This document shows positions 1 to 13,123 of a DNA stretch of 64,000 nt, one piece after another; position 1 is the first letter of the stretch; every line of letters starts with the position of its first letter. The DNA comes from Cirrosporium novae-zelandiae. Taxonomy: Eukaryota. Both the position numbers and the translations under genes were made by a program. Below the pieces are notes generated by a model. That model made no database searches. It had not been told where the DNA came from and saw nothing but the letters and a program-made list of their open reading frames with translations. Location of the stretch: NCBI GenBank assembly GCA_026023565.1, contig JAPETS010000001.1:1116001-1180000 (forward strand). The letters run 5' to 3'.

Positions 1-1132
1 GGGAAGATCCGGTATAGCTTCAAGGAAAGCTTGCAGGTCGGTGTTATCCTTAACGATCTCTTGAACGAGGGGGTGGTTAATTGAGAGTGCAATGTATTTG
101 ACACCTGCAAGAGTGTCCGGTCTTGTTGTAAACACAGCCAACGGATGCTCTAAATCTCTCCCTCTAACTGATACAGGAAATATTATATTTGCACCACTCG
201 ATTTGCCAATCCAATGCTTTTGCATAGATAGCACCCGCTCTGGCCAAGCTGAATTCTGTGCTAAAGATTCCAAGTCATTCAGTAAAGCATCTCTGAAATT
301 TGTGATGCGCAGAAACCACTGTTTCAGCCATTTCCGCTCTACCTTTGCACCTGATCTCCAGGAACAGCCCTTAGAATCCACCTGAATATCTTAGCCAGAG
401 CGACGAAAAATCACCATCTTGTGTCTATTCATACCTGCTCATTTGCTAACACTGTCTTATCTACCGGGTCATAATTAACCAGTGCTTCGTCTTGATATGC
501 TAACCCACGTTCATATAACATCAAGAATATTTTTTGGGTATGCTTGTAAAACTCTGGGTCGCAAGTCATAAGTTCCTACATCAAGTTTACATGTCAGCTT
601 TGATATCGCAGAATACCAATTGTGTTTACAGGAAGGTTCGCCTTACGTTGGCCCAATCGATCCTTCCCCCCATTGCCTTTAACTGAGTTTTCATCTTTTC
701 TATGTTTGACTTTGTCCATTCCGCGGGATCTATGCCTCGTTCAATTGCTGCATTCTCAGCAGGTAAACCAAAGGCGTCCCATCCCATAGGATGCAAGACA
801 TTGAAGCCTTGCATTTGCTTGAATCGGGCCAGAACATCGGAAATAGTGTAGACTCGGAGGTGACCCATATGAAGCGCCCCGGAAGGATATGGAAACATGG
901 GTAAGACGTACGCCGTGTCCTTTCCCTGGCATATTTTCTGGATAGACAATTGAGTAGAGGATTCTTTCCATTTAGCTTGCCATTTCTGGTCGATAGCATT
1001 AAAATCAAGTTTCGAGGTAACTATCGTGGAAGCCAAGCGTAGATTACCTAGTTGGCGATATGAAGAACATCTTAAGAAGCGCATTCTCAGATCCAAGGAT
1101 CGAGAACATCTGAGTGGCGATGTCAATCCCAT
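1..1132 (-). CDS. NAM2: Mitochondrial leucyl-tRNA synthetase, 5' part (runs off the left edge)
   Basis: [13 protein letters not shown] (HIGH motif), [15 protein letters not shown]; spliced continuation [14 protein letters not shown]...[20 protein letters not shown]...QWFLRIT. Exons 1132-647, 575-435, 381-1 with GT-AG introns. Arg/Ser-rich presequence-like N-terminus. First in-frame ATG at 1132. Confidence 0.93.
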
Positions 1133-1829
1133 ACATGCCGTTTCCAAGAGAACTGCCTACAACCGGGCTGGGAGTCTGGAATAAGGTAATTGAAAATAGA
1201 TAAGTCTTCCATCTTTTTAGTGTTTAAGCTCATATATTCTTTTCCAAAACGGGTTAGTATACTCCAACTTGATAGTAGTTCCTTTGGTTGGATGTCAAAA
1301 TTCCGGCGCCGATGATCTGCATGAACTACCAGAACTTCTCATCAAAAAGGGACAACTTTGTCCAGAATATCTACTCTACACCCTGTTGAGCATGTGCTAG
1401 AAAGTGCAACCGAGGGAACTATATTCTACCATCGTTTTACTTATGACACGCAAGAGTGTCGGACCCAGAATTACACTCTTTTTTTCTCTCTAGCTTTTCT
1501 GCTAGTTATGTATTCATCCTATCTTCTTTAGGGAGCATGATCTTGGAACTCGATGATAGTTCAAATGACCCTCTGTCATGGGAACTGTAATTTTCATTAC
1601 ATAGGGTAACTTTACATGCTGGAACAGGAACTGATGCTAATTACCACATTTTGATAGAAGCATCACATGCAAGCTTGTTCAGAACCTTAATTTCCCGTTC
1701 CAGTTGCTAGACGCCAAGCGCTGGAAGCGAGCGGCTAAAGTACTGTCCTTGTGGCCGCGCTTTCGTCATCCCTTTCAACTTACAACACATCTGCACATGT
1801 AGCCCCAATTTCATCAAGTCACTGCAATA

Positions 1830-3163
1830 ATGGCAGTGGCACGACCACCTTTCTCATATACAACATTCCAACGACTCATTCGATCCTGTGAACCATCAGT
1901 TTCTCGTCCATGGAGAGACTCCACCTCCGGTTTGCGTCAACCACGAGCTGGCTTTCGCTCCTCCGCGAAGCTCGCTGCTCCAGATACCCAATCTCATGGG
2001 TACGGAAGCACCGCTGCTTCTGGTCTACCTCCACCCCTTCCCCCGAAGAAGATCTGGCCTTCAGTCACGCCTTCCAAATTAGTGAACGAAGCTGCCAAGA
2101 AGCCTGAGCCGAGGTCGGATCAAAAACCCCAACAAGCTCCTGACGAGAAATCCGATGATAGGTTAGGCGCAGCCTCCCAGGGGAACAAAGATGCCAAGGA
2201 CATTGTGGATGGGAATGCCCAAAAGCCACCTCCGACAAGCATCGAAAACCTCGCCGCGGAGTCTGAAAAGCAAATATCCCAGCTGAAAGCAGAGGTTTCC
2301 AAATCACTTGATCAAGATGAATCAAAACCCGTGAGCACGGTTCTTGCAGTTGCATCCCCAGCATCTACTCGATATGAATCCAGAAAGCACCCCCATCTCG
2401 AACCTCCTCCCTACGTCCATCATTTTGATACCTTTACACTTGTGCGGGACCTAGAAAAGGGGGGTTTTAGGCAAGCAGAAGCTGTTACACTTATGAAGGC
2501 TGTCCGAAATCTCCTTGACGAGAACCTTCACGTTGCCCAAGACGGATTAATCAGTAAATCCGATGTCGAGAACGAAAACTATCTCTTCCGGGCAGCGTGC
2601 TCCGAACTTCGAACAACAATACAAACATCTCGAGCGTCCGCTTCACAGCAGCAACATACGGAGAGAGCCCACCTGCAGCATGACGTTGATATATTGACAC
2701 AACGGATGACGCAGGAATTGGCAACGTTAAAAGACGAGATCAAGGGTATGTTCAATGATCGGAAAATGGCCACCAGAATGGAGCAGAAAACTATGGAAAG
2801 CAAGATCCAGGAACTCAACTACAAGATTACGGTACTCTTGAGCGGTGAAACCAAAAGCCACATTGAGGGACTGAGATGGGTTATTACTAGGAGGGTTGCT
2901 ATGACTATCGCTAGTGTATTTCGTATGTCACTCTTAACCGTTCCTTCTCTCGCACTGAGATACATTCACCAGCTAACAAATCAATCCTAGTTTCATGTCT
3001 TATTACCCTACGTTATATATCCTATATATCTGCCAAGCAGAATGAAGAGAAGAACGAGGCAACCAAAAAATCTATGACACGTACAGATGATGTTTCAGAA
3101 AGGTCGGAGTTAGTAAGGGCTACTCAGGAACCCACAAATCCTGGATATGTATCTTTGGGATAG
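1830..3163 (+). CDS. Mitochondrial DUF1640 / CCDC90-MCUR1-like coiled-coil membrane protein
   Basis: PPPYVHHFDT...LEKGGF...YLFRAACSELRT, a coiled-coil region and a C-terminal hydrophobic segment. Intron 2923-2990 (GTATGT..CTAAC..TAG); exon 2 ends PGYVSLG-TAG at 3163. Confidence 0.8.
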
Positions 3164-3523
3164 AATTAATACCCCTTATACAGGACATGGACTTATTCGA
3201 AGTCGGGATATTCCTTTCATAGAACCTAGATTATTCATTCCTAATTGCATGCAAATCGGCGATTCTCGTCCAATTGACTTTTTGGATCCGTTCAACCGTA
3301 ACTCAGGGCTTAGTGGAGGAAAAAAAACCTCGGTCAAAACCTCAGTAAAAAAAAGCTCAAGAGTGAAATGTTCAGTAAAGCCTCTAGTCATGGAGGCTCA
3401 ATTGGATCGTTTAATTAGAAATCATCGAGGAAATAATTAGGGTATTTTTTTAGAGCGTAATTATTTTATTCCAATATTGAAATGGCGTATAAGTTATATA
3501 ACTAATATTCGTTGGAGCAATCT

Positions 3524-3837
3524 AAAGCTGCCGCCGTTGGGCTGTAATCCCTAGTAAGATTAACGTTAACTGTAATTATTTCCCACATACAGCCAGCTTT
3601 TTCGAGAATATTCATTTAGCAACTCGAGCAAGCAAACATGGTCCAGGGTGGCGCCCGAAAGGCACTCATGCTCCCTCCATAAAGCAATCTTGTTCCCCCT
3701 TTATATTTCCCTTTAACCGAGTTGGAGGCCTGCCATAATTAATGTCCAACCAACTCATCCACCCTTCACAAGCACACCTCCCCCAGAAGAACTCAGGTTA
3801 TGGTGTAATTACCTAGTCGGCATAAAAGGGATAAAGG
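3524..3837. ncRNA. Candidate structured non-coding RNA (family unassigned)
   Basis: Four consecutive stem-loops found by eye in intergenic DNA; see findings. No conserved family boxes recognised. Confidence 0.25.
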
Positions 3838-4458
3838 AATGTGCTGTCAACCAGTATCGGTAATGCCAAAAAAACATATAGAAAGATCGAAGTCAGAATC
3901 GAAGTTTAGATTAATTAAAAATTAAAATTATAGAGGAAGGAGGGAGGGATCCTACGAGATTTGAATGTTTCGTTTTTTTACCTACAATTTTCACTCTACC
4001 GTACCTATATTTATTTGATTATGTTGCGATAGTTATTCTTTTTTGAAAGTATTATATGCAAACCTTTTTATTGTTATTTGCTATGGTTTAGTTCTTGAAC
4101 AACATCATTATCTTTCGGCAAATATGCCGTAAATATTTCCGCAAAAGTGTTTGCGATTGAGCATTGCAGGAGGATTAGTCTAAATAACTGGTAGGAGGAA
4201 GTGGGGATGTAAAATTTTTTTAAATAGTGTATACATAACATGAAGTAAATATTAATCGTAACGATGACTGTTGGCTGTCTCATGGATCTATAATCTTCTC
4301 ATGGTCATCAAAGGCTCGCTTCATCACCGTTAATGTTCCACATCAAGAACAGTCGGTATCCTCCAAACACCTCCTAACCGGCAATAACAACCGAAAGCGC
4401 ATCTTATATCACAAGTTCCCAAAATATCAACACCAACAACCGTCTTCAAAACTTCCAT

Positions 4459-7400
4459 CTAGAAATCCATCTTCAACGCGATGGTCGGTTTCTCTTGGCC
4501 CATAGTTTCCTCATCCTCATCCTTCTTCCTGCCCCCAACACTCTTGATAACGCCTTCCATAAAGCCTTTTTGCTCTGTACTCATTTGACCAACCAGTCCT
4601 CTGAAAGCAACTGGGTCCGCACCCGCAAGTTCAAGTAACCGCACCGCAGTCTCTTCAAAGATAGTCGACCCATATCGGGCAGCACGAGCTAGCAAGGCAG
4701 GAGCTATTAAAGAGAAGGCAACAGGGGTATGGGACTTGGGGAGATTTGCAGCAAATGATGATAGGGCATGAGCAACGAGTACCCGAACACCTTCTGGATC
4801 TTCCTCCGTATCAAGTAGGAAGAGTAAAAGACGAGGGAGGAGATAATGCGATAGCCCTGCTTCGCCTGCTGTTCTTGACTCTGCAAGGAGGAGTGAACGA
4901 ATACAGCTGGCCGCTACTTTAGCAAGACCAATATCCTGCAGACAGTCAAGCATTTCTTCGAGTAGCTTTATGACCAAAGGATGGTTAGGTGGCATGGCGA
5001 ATCCAGCTGTGGTTAATAAAATTGTAGATGCGAGAAGGATATTTTTGGCACAGGGCAGACTCGCGTCGGACTCTCTGAGTTGAGCTTTTGCGAGTATGGA
5101 AAGGAGGCGTTTAAGACAGCCGAGGAGTTGGCGAGCAATAATGGGCTGAGTTGAGGCGGTAATAGACGTTGCCATGCCTTGAATGAACCGTCGGAAGGTA
5201 GGGAGAGCTGCTGGAACAAGGTCGCCCTGACCAGTGGCGCTTCCAAACGCCCCTATGAAGATGTGGAGAATACAGGCATGCAAATCAGTTTTAATAATAG
5301 ATGGAAACACCTCGGCAACGTCTACCAGAGAGTCGAGAGATTGTCGAATAAGAGAGACTGCTTCGTTTGAATCACGAGGCCGGGCAAGTGAATGTGCGCC
5401 AGAGAGCTCTGGCTCCAGTCCAGCCAGGATGATGACGATAATTCGAGTCAACTCAAAAAGTTGTTCAACATCTTCGGATAAGTTTTCCCTATCATGCGAT
5501 CCTTTGACAGAGGGGTGATCTAGACATAGATTCCTAGCTATATCAACAATAATACCTTGAGTACCTGGACCTTCTGTCATTGCAAGCCGCTCCAGCAAAT
5601 CCGTTGTCTCCGAGAAGGTAGCATCTTGGTAGATCGCGTTTCCCGATACCGAAGGTCGAAGAATCTTCTTCATCACCTGCAGAAGGTCATATGGGCTTTC
5701 CCTGGTCGCATTTGCTTCTGTTCCGCTCTGTCCGGCCAGCGCTTCGAACGTTATGCCAAAAAGAACGAAGAAGAATGCCACTGGTTCCTCCCGGTAGTTA
5801 ATCCGATCATTTTTATCTGGCATGACATCTTTGGGAGATGACTCAAGATTACCGTCTAATGCGTCGAATACAAAGTCACTGTCCTGCTCGATGAGGCTTG
5901 CAATTGCATTTACTAATTTTAACCAAGATGACTGGTAAAATTTCAGTAGTGTCTGTCGATTCAATGAAGCATACGTATCATTAAGGTCTTGAGAGTTGGT
6001 ATCGGATCCCAAAGAGCTTGAAATATCAGGTTCAAAGCGAAGGCGTGCAAATTCCTGTAACGACTCTAGCCAAAGTGGGGTGAGTATAGCAAGATGTGGC
6101 TTAGCAATGACATCCAGATAACTATGGTCAAGGCTAGTAACCTGAAGCTCGGCCCAGGCCGAAAACACTGCCATTTTCACCATAACTTGAGCATTAGTAC
6201 TCGGAGCCTGAAAGTCCCCAATTTTCGCGGATTCTGAACCTGTCGATAAGTTTTCCAGAGAGGTCACAAGTAGTTTCAATATACGACCCATCCTGTCCGC
6301 GTCGGTGACAATCCCAGCGGATACGAATGATGCGCATACATTGATAGCTTCCGTAGCTAATTCCGCAGACGAATCTGACGAAAAAGCTGGGGTCAGAGCA
6401 GAACTGATCTGAGCTTGATACTGCTCGAGTAATGATGCGTCTGTGAAATCAGGATCTGGGGTTCGGCCGAACATCTGTAATAGATCACGGATTAGACCCT
6501 GCCCGAGAAATTTATTGAAGCAAATTAACATACCTTCAACACTTGATCAATCACCCTTAGACCAAGAATACGGAGCTCAACAACATTAGCAGTAGAGGCA
6601 GCAAATGCCATCCTGATTACATCACCGACTTTCTGTTGTAGCGTCAGTTCTGCTTTGCTTTCCGGATTCGACGCCATTTCTTGCTCTACAATGAAGAGAA
6701 GTTCGCTCAGACAACCCATTGCAAATCGTCGAACCTGCCATTTCAACAGTTCTTGACTAGATTTAATGCTCTCTGGATCATCATCTTTTGAAATATTTGC
6801 CGCAGCAGCAAATCCAGCAACTTCCTCATCTTGCAGATCTGGTAGTGCTGAATTGGGGGCCTTCTCAGGGTTTTCAGGTTCAGCCGGTTTTGGTTTAGCC
6901 TTTGACAGAACACGTTGACACCTCTGAACCCATATGTGTGTCTCTGAAAGAGCTGTTTGTCTTAGCCATTCTTGTAGTAGGTTCTTGATGCCTTCGTGTT
7001 CCGGTATCTCGTCCAAGATGGTCCATAGCTGATCCTCTAAAGTAGGACCTGCAATTTCGAAGATCTCCTGCGCATTCCGTTTTAATAGATTGTGAAGACT
7101 ATTAATGGCAACTTCTCTAACTTCGGAACTCGATGTAGTAAGACTATCACGCAGTTCCTGTACATACTGTGCGAAATGCATAGTCCCAGGAGCATAAAGG
7201 GATAGATTTTCAAGGCATTTAAGCCCCTCGACTTTGGTTGTCACGTCCTGCCCCAAACAAAAATTTCTCACAAGCGTAAAAATCAGGTCTCGAGCTTTTA
7301 CCATATCTTGAAGATCAGGCCCTAGGACATTAATGAGGGAATCAACGCAGTGGCCTATTCTCGCTGTTGTCGAGTCGATTGTTTCGAGATTTGAAGAAAC

Positions 7401-10400
7401 CTGAGAAGATGTTTCCTCGTTGTGGCTCTCTGCCATGTATAGCTGAGCTAGCATACCAAGGGTTCCTGAAACATAGCCAGAATATGTTAACCCAGCGGAT
7501 TCTGCAACCCTTGCCAATGCCTCAAGAGCCCAGAAATGAACTATTGGGTGAGGATCGCTACAAAGCGACATTAGAATGCTTGTAATTGTCTTGAGATGAT
7601 ATCCAGCTGCCATACCACCTACTTGTGTGTGAATACACCCAAGGGCTAAAGCACAGCCAGCACGGATTCCCGGATTGCGATTTGCAACGATGCTGTCTAT
7701 CATGTAATTGATCTCTCCAGCCGTGAAGGCATTCCCTGCGCAATCACAGAGACGGCCGAGGGCTTCAGCACCAATGTTTCTAATATAAGGGTCATGATGC
7801 ATCACGAGGGTCTGCACTTAGTTAGGAAAAAGTAATTTAAGGCACATAGGAATTGATGCTTACCCGAAGTAATTCCTGGGTAATACGTTCAGTGGCTGGA
7901 TTTTTGAGATCTCCAGAGGCTGATTCGGTTTCTTTGGTGGCAACTTGCAACGCAGCCATCATAGCTGTACCAACATTAATCGACATGGCATTTTTCCTCA
8001 TTGCTTCTTTCTGTAGAACCTGCGATGATAAAAATGTCGTGATCTGTTCGAGAATGCTTTCCTGGACCTTCGGTGCTTGAAGAGGAAGCGCCATAGCAAA
8101 CAATCGAATAGCTGAGTTCACTACTTCAGTCGCTGGAGGATCAGGTAACCTTCCCTTATCGGAATCGTCAATCATAAACAGAGATACTAGATCATGTTCC
8201 CGTGCCCCGCAGATCGGAGAAAGAAGCTGCAATGTTAGTAATGTCATTATCCCGGAGTTTATTAGCAACTTACCGATTTGTCAATTGCGAATTCTTCTTC
8301 CCCTCTTCCTTGTGAGGATTTCGACCCTTGTTTGATGCGTCGAGCTGAGAGAAGCTCTATATCAGGGCCTTTGATCAAGCCAGTAACGCCAAAGCCAGAG
8401 TTATCTCCAACGTCCCAGATGCCTTCAAAATTTCCAGCAGATGCTGCGATATTGGCACTTAATGAGCCACCCGAATAATTTTCTGGGTCGGCAAACAGTG
8501 ACACCGCTAATGACAGGAGGTTGGAGTGAAGGAGCATATCACTATTCCCAATTGGACTTCGTTTTGCTAATGTATTGTAACATTGAAGAACCCTCCTTCG
8601 TGCCATTACCGAGAGGTCGGAAAGCGTAAGGGAGGGAAACAATCGTTGAGATACATCTTCGGGTCCTTTGGGGACGGAGAAGCTATCCAAAAACGATATT
8701 GTATTCTGAAGAAATGCAGCAATACGATTAGATACGTCCGTAGTGAGAAGGCGACTGTTATATTCTAGAAAGGTAAGAATCGAACTAAGAGCACATTCTC
8801 GAACATGAGTAAGAAAACTCGTCTCGATAAGGCCCTGGTGGGCACCGTTTTCCTTGTGAAGAGGCTTTGGGAGGGCATTTTTCCAGAGGAGAAGGAGTTG
8901 TGAGATATGAATTTTGACGAAATTTGGGCCCAGGGGCATTAAACCTCCAATAAGAGTCCAGGCCACTTGGACCTGAGTACTCGACATCCTTAACTCTGAT
9001 TGACTGCTTGATTTAAGTAGTTCAGTAGCTAAAGAGAAGACCCGAGAATAAAGTTCAATTGACCCATAAAGGGGTCGTAACCTCGAAGTACTCAGCGTAG
9101 CTGCAAGGCCGTGGGCAAAACCCAGGCATTTCGAAGAAGAATGTCGGGGGCCGCTTATTAGCTTGAGTTCACGGTTAAGACTATTCATACATATGGATAT
9201 GCATGGGAGAAGCTGCTGGGGGCAAGCAAGTACAAACACCTGTAAACAGTGTGAGGCATGTATTTGAACAGTGTAGTTTGGATGTTGAAGGACTTGAACC
9301 AAGGCTTCTCGGCAGCTATCAGCAAGCTCACCAGTAGCAGAGCCTAGAGACTGGATAAAAGAAGAAAGACATTCTAGTGCCGAGGTTAGGGAATGTTTGC
9401 TGGGCTCTGCCCGCTCTTTGATGACTTGTGGATAATTTTTCAAGATATCGTTAATCAGCCATCTCGAAGCTGCAAGTTGGCCACTTTCGCCTAAGATAAA
9501 CTTTCCAACAACATCTTGTAAAATAATTCGAGTGTACTTCCTCACTGTGAGCAACCTATAGCGGTTATATATTAGGGATAAATTGCTCAGGAGGTCGTTG
9601 AAAAAGTGATTCGCGATTTTACCATATTGCTTTTCAACTAGCCCTTGATCAAGACCTTTGAGTAGCTTAGCATAACATGTCGCAATTCCAGCTCGAGCTC
9701 TATTAGTAGTAGAGACCCGTAGATATTGAGTTGATAGTTGTCTTAGCATTTCCCGAACATTAAAAGCTAAACGAAGAGCTGGTTTCTTCAGTGCAGGAGA
9801 TCCTGGCCTCGACCCCGGTCTCTCCATGTCATCTGCTACATCGACTGCGGCAGATTGTCTCTTGCTGGCTCTCTTGGATTTCTTAAGCCTTACAGCTATT
9901 TCCTGCACTGTCTCCTCTGAGTACGATTTCACTAGTATAGCGGCCAAGGTTGAAGCTGCCGCATGTCTGACAGCTGGAGTTGTACTATCAATTGCCTTCC
10001 AGATAGTTGACTTTAAGGAATCAAAGTCGTTTGAATTATCGAAATTAGAAGTATTTCGAATGAGCTGCTCCAAACATTTGCATGCATTGATCTGTGTCCA
10101 TGCGCTTTTATCTCCTGCGGCCGTAGTTCTTGCCTGCTTCCACACATCCCTAGCCACAACCTCATCTATGGAGGCTCCGACCCCTTCAACAATCTGCCCA
10201 AGAGTCTTGAACACAGATCCTCTCAAACCAGAATGGTTTTGGCTATATTTTAGTTGTTTTAGCAAGCTCAAACATGCCAAACTAGACAAGCTAATGGCGC
10301 TATCTCCTGCGGCGGCGAAAACATCTCCCAAGCAATGAATAGCTGCATGTTTGGCTTTTAATTCTTTTTCTCCTTTACCGCCGCTAACTACCCCAACGAG

Positions 10401-10751
10401 TTCATTAATAGATTCGAAGAGTAGTCGACGGTCTCCCTCGCCAAAAACCTGAGCAAGGCATCGCCCCAAGTTACTTCGAATGGCGCGCGTTGGTACTGGA
10501 GAAGAGAGTGCGATTATCTGAAACACTTCCTTTTTGAGATGTTTCTGTTGAGCGGATATGGATTCTTTATCGAGTTCTCGAACATACTGCACGAGATCGG
10601 AGGTAAAGTTGAAGAGGTAGAAGTCTTGTTGTTCGGAGGGTAGAGAGTGTAACTTTGGTATATCGAGTTGTGGGGAGGACGATGTTCCGTTGCTCGTACC
10701 ATCATCTTTCTGCTCGTTCTGCTCTTTCTGCAACGGTTCGGAGGTTGACAT
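4459..10751 (-). CDS. LAA1: HEAT repeat protein 5 / AP-1 accessory protein Laa1
   Basis: About 2000-aa HEAT-repeat protein from 4 exons (10751-8274, 8226-7864, 7811-6534, 6474-4459) with canonical introns. LLLLWKNALPKP, IRAGCALALGCIH, C-terminal PTIALKMDF. Confidence 0.9.
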
Positions 10752-10991
10752 TGACAAAGCTTCTAATATGTAAAATTATACAGGCATCAGTGTGACAATT
10801 GTCAGATCAAAGGAGTGTTTCGTGGAATTATTTGGGAAGCTTTGGTTGCAAGGATGTTCTCAAATCTCGAAACTGTGTCACAGCTCAGGGAAACTTCAAC
10901 CTCCAGCTTTTGCAGCCCTTTGCCGATCTCCCCCAGAATTTCGGTCCGGACATGAGAACCTTACATGAGCTCACCACCTTTCTCAATCATT

Positions 10992-11866
10992 ATGGCAGCA
11001 TTAAATTCCCGTGTTTTTTTTAAACCAGTTAAAAATACATTTGGTCATGCTTGTCCCTGGTGTCAGAAATTTGCGACTCTTTCACCTCTGTATTCTGGTC
11101 ATAATCGCTGGTCTAAGATTAAACATGACAAGGCCAGGGAGGATAGATCCAAGAACAGGCTACGGTCGATAGCTTCCCATGAAATAGCTCAAGCTTCCAA
11201 GTGTATGTATCCGTCGAGCTCTAATAAAACAGCTACTGAACTTCCCTAGTTTTTGGACCGGATCCTACATCAAATCCACGTCTTGCCCAAGCAATACTCC
11301 TAGCCAAGCGTGCAGGCTTCCCCAAACCCTCTATTGAGGCTGCCATAAATCGGGGACAAGGCATTTCCCCCAGTGGCGCTGCCCTTGAAAGTGTGACTAT
11401 CGAAGCTGTGCTGCCTTCTTCGGTCGCGGCTGTTATTGAATGCCAAACAGATTCGAAAGCTCGGACGCTACAAGATTTGCGCCTTATCATTAGAGAGCAT
11501 GGAGGAAGTGTTATGCCCACAAGCTACCTATTCGAGAGGAAAGGAAAGGTTGTATTTGAAAAATCAGAAGACGTTGGATTGGAGACAGTCTTTGACCAAG
11601 CCATTGAAGCGGGGGCTACTGATGTGGATGAAGATGAGGAAGGACGCATAGTTGTTTACACGGAACCTTGCCAGACAACAGAAGCCGCAGATGCTTTAGT
11701 ATCTTCGGCGGGCTTAACAATACAAAGCGCCGATATTATATGGGATGCCAATGAAGATACAAGAGTGGAATTAGATTCGGAAGCATCGGAAAAGGCATTG
11801 GACAAATGCGTTGAAGCAATTGAACAAGATCCAAGTGTTCACGGTGTATATCTTAATATTGCATAA
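10992..11866 (+). CDS. YebC/PmpR (TACO1-like) mitochondrial protein
   Basis: SGHNRWSKIKHDK signature; intron 11203-11249; exon 2 GPDPTSNPRL...IEAGATDV...VHGVYLN. Confidence 0.88.
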
Positions 11867-12289
11867 TATAACACTATACAGGTCATAGGATCCATAACAT
11901 TATTATCTATACAAATCCCTTACATTGCAAGAATCTAATATCCGGAATCAACATATCAATTGGGTTGGTCTGTGGGGCTTCAAATATATTTGCTAATATT
12001 CACATATAAGGTAAGAGAACAATAGGAGGCCTCCAACGCTATTTTGAATCTTTTTGTAGTAATCTTAACTATTCTTGACCACTTCAATATCTGACCAATC
12101 TTTCAACAATTTTCCTCGTGCTCATGGAAGAATGTTCCAGCGTATGGCACAATAGTCATAATTCTTTAAACAAAACGGATATCTTGAATCACCTGTATGA
12201 GGAGAGTTTTTATATTTCCTTGACGCCCTTGGGTGTCTTATTGATTGTCCTCAAGTCCAAACGCCAGGCAATAATGCGATACAACGAGG

Positions 12290-12714
12290 CTACCAAAATA
12301 GACGGCTCATCCACCCACCCTTTGAATTTTGTTTTGAATTCGAGGTCTCGGAAGGCGTGGTCATTCCCATCTTTTCGGATTGTACCTGATGTAGCTGTAG
12401 AACATCACCTTCCTCCTTTCCTTCAGTAGCAAGTCGCCGCGCCCTGTTCTCGAGTCTTCGGCGCTTCAGTCGCTCAAGCTCCGCATGAATATCATCCTTC
12501 TCAAAAGGAATCTTGTGTGTCTCTTGATTCTTTGGCCAAAAGTCGGGTACGGTGAACCGATTTTCGAGATTGGTGCCAAAATAGTACATCCAGCCGATTG
12601 GAAACATGATGTACATGCCGAACTAGGAAAATCGTTATTTGATGCATATCTATACAGCTGGTTATTTTTTACAATGGTACACACCTTAAACACTTCAAGA
12701 TTTGGGCCCCCCAT
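12290..12714 (-). CDS. PET100: Cytochrome c oxidase assembly factor Pet100
   Basis: MGGPNLEVFK|FGMYIMFPIGWMYYFG; intron 12684-12623. Confidence 0.92.
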
Positions 12715-12863
12715 GATTGTGTGAGTATTTCAATGTTCAGTAATTTCTAATTTAGTCGGATGACTGAGGAAGGGTGTGATAGAAAAGCCCAAGGTAATTT
12801 ATTAAGCTAAATTCCACCAATTCCTATAGGGCTGGATCACTAATGAGTGTTGGATAGAAGATG

Positions 12864-12921
12864 CCTCGGTACGGCTGTGAATGTTAACCCCACGTTTCCC
12901 CAGACCTCAGGCTGACCGAGG
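12864..12921. promoter_or_regulatory. Inverted pair of FarA/FarB (Ctf1)-type CCTCGG elements upstream of ECI1
   Basis: CCTCGG at 12864-12869 and CCGAGG at 12916-12921, about 200-260 nt upstream of a peroxisomal beta-oxidation gene. Confidence 0.6.
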
Positions 12922-13123
12922 GAACTGGTCGACTTTGCTGAAAGAACGGTCAGTTCTCTCTCGTCTTCTTATTCTTTTTATTTTTTATTATACTTTCTAC
13001 TTTATAAAGTGGGTTTTATTTAAAAGACCAACTTGATCTGCTATCTCAATTTTTTGGTTGATAATTTCCTTCCCAACTTTGGTTTTCAATCACTTTCCTC
13101 AATCATTTATTCACATGCCCATT

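Noticed and set aside
3538..3552. GGGCTGTAATCCC as an SRP RNA Alu motif
   Set aside because: Fungal SRP has GCTGTAATGGC, and no helix-8 AGG..GNRA..AGCA signature follows.
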